64,000 nucleotides of DNA from the NCBI GenBank assembly GCA_028713155.1, contig JAQTPA010000003.1:13966-77965 (forward strand), in the 5' to 3' direction. A program made the position numbers and the translations under genes. A model generated the notes under the pieces. That model saw only the letters and a program-made list of their open reading frames with translations. It was not told where the DNA came from and did no database searches. Positions 61,186 through 64,000 of this stretch are shown in pieces. Origin of the DNA: Candidatus Omnitrophota bacterium (GTDB lineage: Bacteria; Omnitrophota; Gorgyraeia; Gygaellales; Profunditerraquicolaceae). Position 1 is the stretch's first letter, and the number at the start of each line of letters is the position of its first letter.

Positions 61186-62240
61186 AAATAACTACTATTG
61201 AGTGGAAGAATAATAAGATTAAGTTTATTGACCAGACAAAACTACCCCAGAAGTTAGAATATATTTATATAGATAAATTAAATGATTTATGGCAGGCGAT
61301 TAAAATGCTGAAAGTACGCGGAGCTCCGGCCTTAGGAGCGGCAGCCGCATTAGGCGTATATCTGGGGATTAAAGACGTTAAGGCAAAAGATTTTAACGCG
61401 TTTATCCGGGCATTGGATAAAGCGGCCAGGTATATCGCCGGTTCCCGGCCCACCGCCAGGAACCTTTTTTGGGGCCTGGAAAGAGCGCGCAGAGTTGCGC
61501 AGAAAAATAAGGATAAGAGCTTACTTACGCTTAAAAAATTAATCCTTAAGGAGGCGCGTAAGATTATTGCGGAAGACAGGCTTAACTGCCGCAGGCTTGC
61601 CGGTTACGGAAGCAAGTTGATTAGAGACAAGGATACTATCCTGACTATTTGTAATGCGGGCATACTGGCGACTATTGATTACGGCACAGCTTTAGGCGTT
61701 ATTTATCGCGCTAAAGAAGAAGGCAAGGGGATAAAAGTTTTTGCCTGTGAGACAAGGCCTTTATTGCAGGGCTCGCGCCTGAGCGCCTGGGAACTTAAGA
61801 AGAGAGGTATTGATGTAACGGTTATCTGCGATAATATGGCGGCTTCCCTCATGCAGCAGGGCAAAATCAATAAAGTCATTGCCGGCGCTGACCGGATTGC
61901 CGCAAACGGCGATACAGCTAATAAGATCGGGACTTATAGCCTGGCAGTTTTAAGCAAATACCACAATATTCCTTTTTATATCGCCGCTCCGGCTTCCACT
62001 TTTGATTTTAACGTTCAAAGCGGTAAAGATATTCCGATTGAAGAGCGTAACAGCCGGGAAGTCAGCGAATTGTTGTTTAGAAAGAGGGTTGCGCCGGCAG
62101 GGGTAAAAGTTTTTAACCCCGCCTTTGACGTAACACCGCATAATTTAATCAGCGCGATTATCACGGATAAAGGGGTTATCCTTCAGCCGTACAGGGAAAA
62201 CATTAAAAGAACGTTGGGCCAGGTTTTGAGGAAAAGATGA
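61182..62240 (+). CDS. mtnA: S-methyl-5-thioribose-1-phosphate isomerase / eIF-2B-like family
   Basis: N-terminus IKFIDQTKLP...VRGAPALG and the full-length eIF2B/MtnA fold. ATG at 61182; the ORF track begins at 61095 inside the upstream gene. Confidence 0.72.
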   Translation: MKITTIEWKNNKIKFIDQTKLPQKLEYIYIDKLNDLWQAIKMLKVRGAPALGAAAALGVYLGIKDVKAKDFNAFIRALDKAARYIAGSRPTARNLFWGLERARRVAQKNKDKSLLTLKKLILKEARKIIAEDRLNCRRLAGYGSKLIRDKDTILTICNAGILATIDYGTALGVIYRAKEEGKGIKVFACETRPLLQGSRLSAWELKKRGIDVTVICDNMAASLMQQGKINKVIAGADRIAANGDTANKIGTYSLAVLSKYHNIPFYIAAPASTFDFNVQSGKDIPIEERNSREVSELLFRKRVAPAGVKVFNPAFDVTPHNLISAIITDKGVILQPYRENIKRTLGQVLRKR

Positions 62241-63136
62241 GGCGCCTAAAAGATATAGGAGAGTTTGGCCTGATAGAGAGGTTCCGGAAATCGATCCGGA
62301 CAGATCCTTCGGTGATAAAAGCAAGCGGCGATGACTGCGCGGTCTTAAAGCTGGATAAATTAAATTATCAGCTCTTTACCTGCGATATGCTCGCAGAAGA
62401 TGTGGATTTTACCTTAAAAGACAAGCCCTATCTTATCGGCAGAAAGGCGATTGCCGTATCGCTCAGCGATATTGCCGCCTGCGCGGGCCAGGGGCGCTAT
62501 TGCGTTATTTCTTTGGGGCTGCCTAAAGATACTCCGCTTAAATTTGCGGATGAACTTTTTAAGGGAATGCGGGATATTTCCCGTAAATACAAGGTTAATA
62601 TTGTCGGTGGAGACTTAAGCCGTAGTAATAAAATCATTATAGACGTGAGTATGCTCGGCCAGGTAGAGAAGAAGCGCCTGGTTTTAAGGGAGAGGGCGCG
62701 CCCTGGTGATATTATCTTTATGACCGGAGAGCTCCAAGGGCCTGCTTCAGATAAACATCTTAAATTCACCCCGCGCGTAGAAGAGGCCAGGTTCCTGGCC
62801 CGTAATTTTAAGATCAACGCCATGATTGATATCTCCGATGGATTAGTCCAGGATCTGCGGCATATATTAAACAAGAGCGCGGTAGGAGCGGTAATCTATG
62901 AAGATTTGATTCCTTTGAGCAAAGGGGTGCGGAATTTATCCGCCGCCCTGAATAGCGGAGAGGAGTTTGAACTTCTTTTTACGCTTTCCCGGCGGGAGGC
63001 CCAAAAGTTATTAGCAAGAAAAGTAGCTGAATTTAAACCCATCGGCGAAATAAGAATGAAGCAATATGGTTTTAAATTAATGGACAAAAAAGAGCAATTG
63101 ATAAATATCACTCCGAAAGGGTTCAGACATTTTTAA
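62237..63136 (+). CDS. thiL: Thiamine-monophosphate kinase
   Basis: AIR-synthase-related N- and C-terminal domains (GEFGLIERF, GDDCAV). Confidence 0.85.
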   Translation: MRRLKDIGEFGLIERFRKSIRTDPSVIKASGDDCAVLKLDKLNYQLFTCDMLAEDVDFTLKDKPYLIGRKAIAVSLSDIAACAGQGRYCVISLGLPKDTPLKFADELFKGMRDISRKYKVNIVGGDLSRSNKIIIDVSMLGQVEKKRLVLRERARPGDIIFMTGELQGPASDKHLKFTPRVEEARFLARNFKINAMIDISDGLVQDLRHILNKSAVGAVIYEDLIPLSKGVRNLSAALNSGEEFELLFTLSRREAQKLLARKVAEFKPIGEIRMKQYGFKLMDKKEQLINITPKGFRHF

Positions 63137-63592
63137 ATGCAGATAATTTCTCAATCAGTTAAGGATACCTTAAATTTAGGCAGGTTGCTCGCCGGGCATC
63201 TTCAGGCCGGGGACATCATTTGCCTGGAAGGGGAACTTGGCTCCGGCAAAACCGTATTCACCAAAGGTATTGCCGAGGGCCTAGGCGTAAATAAAGCTAA
63301 GGTCACCAGCTCTTCGTTTATTCTCATCCGAGGGCACCTGGAAGGCAGGGTCCCTCTTTACCACTTTGACCTTTACCGGCTCAAAGACCCGGGCGATATA
63401 GCTGCTGTCGGGTATGAAGAGTACTTTTACGACGAAGGCGTTGCGGTTATTGAATGGGCACAAAAGTTAGATTATCTTATGCCTAAAGAACATCTTATGG
63501 TAGAATTATCCTATCGTGGAAAAAATAAGAGAATGCTTAAATTTTCCGCAAGCGCGGCGCGTTATAAAAAAATTATTCAGGGAATTAAATGA
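63137..63592 (+). CDS. tsaE: tRNA threonylcarbamoyladenosine biosynthesis protein TsaE
   Basis: P-loop GELGSGKT and the downstream conserved aromatic/His region. Confidence 0.85.
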   Translation: MQIISQSVKDTLNLGRLLAGHLQAGDIICLEGELGSGKTVFTKGIAEGLGVNKAKVTSSSFILIRGHLEGRVPLYHFDLYRLKDPGDIAAVGYEEYFYDEGVAVIEWAQKLDYLMPKEHLMVELSYRGKNKRMLKFSASAARYKKIIQGIK

Positions 63593-64000
63593 AAATACTG
63601 GCTATTGATACCGCAACAAAGTTTTTGTCGCTGGGTATTTATAACGATGGAGCGGTCTATGAATATAATCTGGAGGTAGGGCCGAAATTATCGTCGCTTT
63701 TAACCGTTAGCATTAAGAGGGCTCTGGATGCTTTAGGGCTGGGGATAAACGATTTAGATTATTTTGCCTGCGGCCTGGGGCCCGGTTCTTTTACCGGGAT
63801 GCGCGTGGGCTTAAGCGCGATGAAGGGGTTAAGCTGGTTAACCCATAAGCCGTTAATCGGAATATCTACGCTGGATACCCTGGCGATGAACGCGGGAGCC
63901 GATGCCAGGATGCTCATCCCTGTTGTTGACGCCAAAAGAAGCCTTATCTACTCCTGTTTTTACCGGAATACGGGTAATGGCCTTAAGAAATTATCTCCTT
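63589..64000 (+). CDS. tsaB: tRNA threonylcarbamoyladenosine biosynthesis protein TsaB (3' end cut by window edge)
   Basis: ILAIDTAT N-terminus of an inactive Kae1/YeaZ homologue, immediately after tsaE. Confidence 0.8.
   Translation, partial: MKILAIDTATKFLSLGIYNDGAVYEYNLEVGPKLSSLLTVSIKRALDALGLGINDLDYFACGLGPGSFTGMRVGLSAMKGLSWLTHKPLIGISTLDTLAMNAGADARMLIPVVDAKRSLIYSCFYRNTGNGLKKLSP

Overview
This 64-kb window is a gene-dense, almost entirely plus-strand block of core housekeeping genes from a bacterium of roughly 45% GC. The phylum is not determinable from sequence alone. Lol and Mla genes indicate a diderm envelope, yet several operon orders are Firmicute-like: mcsA-mcsB-clpC, radA-yacL-ispD-ispF-cysE-cysS, and tmk-holB-yaaT-metG-tatD. 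I found no mobile elements, CRISPR arrays or obvious defence islands.

Content, left to right:
- rimO 3' end, pgsA and pgpA.
- A minus-strand cinA/pncC-thpR pair.
- A clear FMN riboswitch with terminator, leading a riboflavin operon of unusual order: ribBA-ribH-nusB-PHP phosphoesterase-ribD-ribE.
- tRNA-Pro(CGG), acyP, ligA, a lipoprotein, an MBL hydrolase, xerD-like, cca, rbfA, nrnA and ribF.
- A complete dcw cluster, mraZ through ftsA, that stops without ftsZ.
- A quinone/redox block: divergent polyprenyl synthase and MenA-like prenyltransferase, NDH-2, DoxX, partial ECF (T plus His-tailed A), Trx-CcdA fusion, DUF1573 and HtpX.
- lysS, lolE/D, a class IV aminotransferase, mcsAB-clpC, mlaEFD, radA, yacL-like, ispDF, cysES, tmk, holB, yaaT, metG, tatD, a DUF362-ferredoxin protein, mtnA, thiL, tsaE and the start of tsaB.

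The most notable non-coding signals are:
- the FMN riboswitch;
- a sigma70 promoter with a triple AGTGGA MraZ-box array upstream of mraZ;
- three short-intergenic palindromes built on TAGGGA/TCCCTA arms, sitting just upstream of start codons;
- a five-copy heptanucleotide repeat inside a lipoprotein signal peptide;
- a duplicated tRNA 5' segment in the tRNA-Pro leader.

I did not find an unambiguous novel multi-gene system. The most interesting leads are the PHP phosphoesterase embedded in the rib operon, the TAGGGA palindrome family, and the ftsZ-less dcw cluster.
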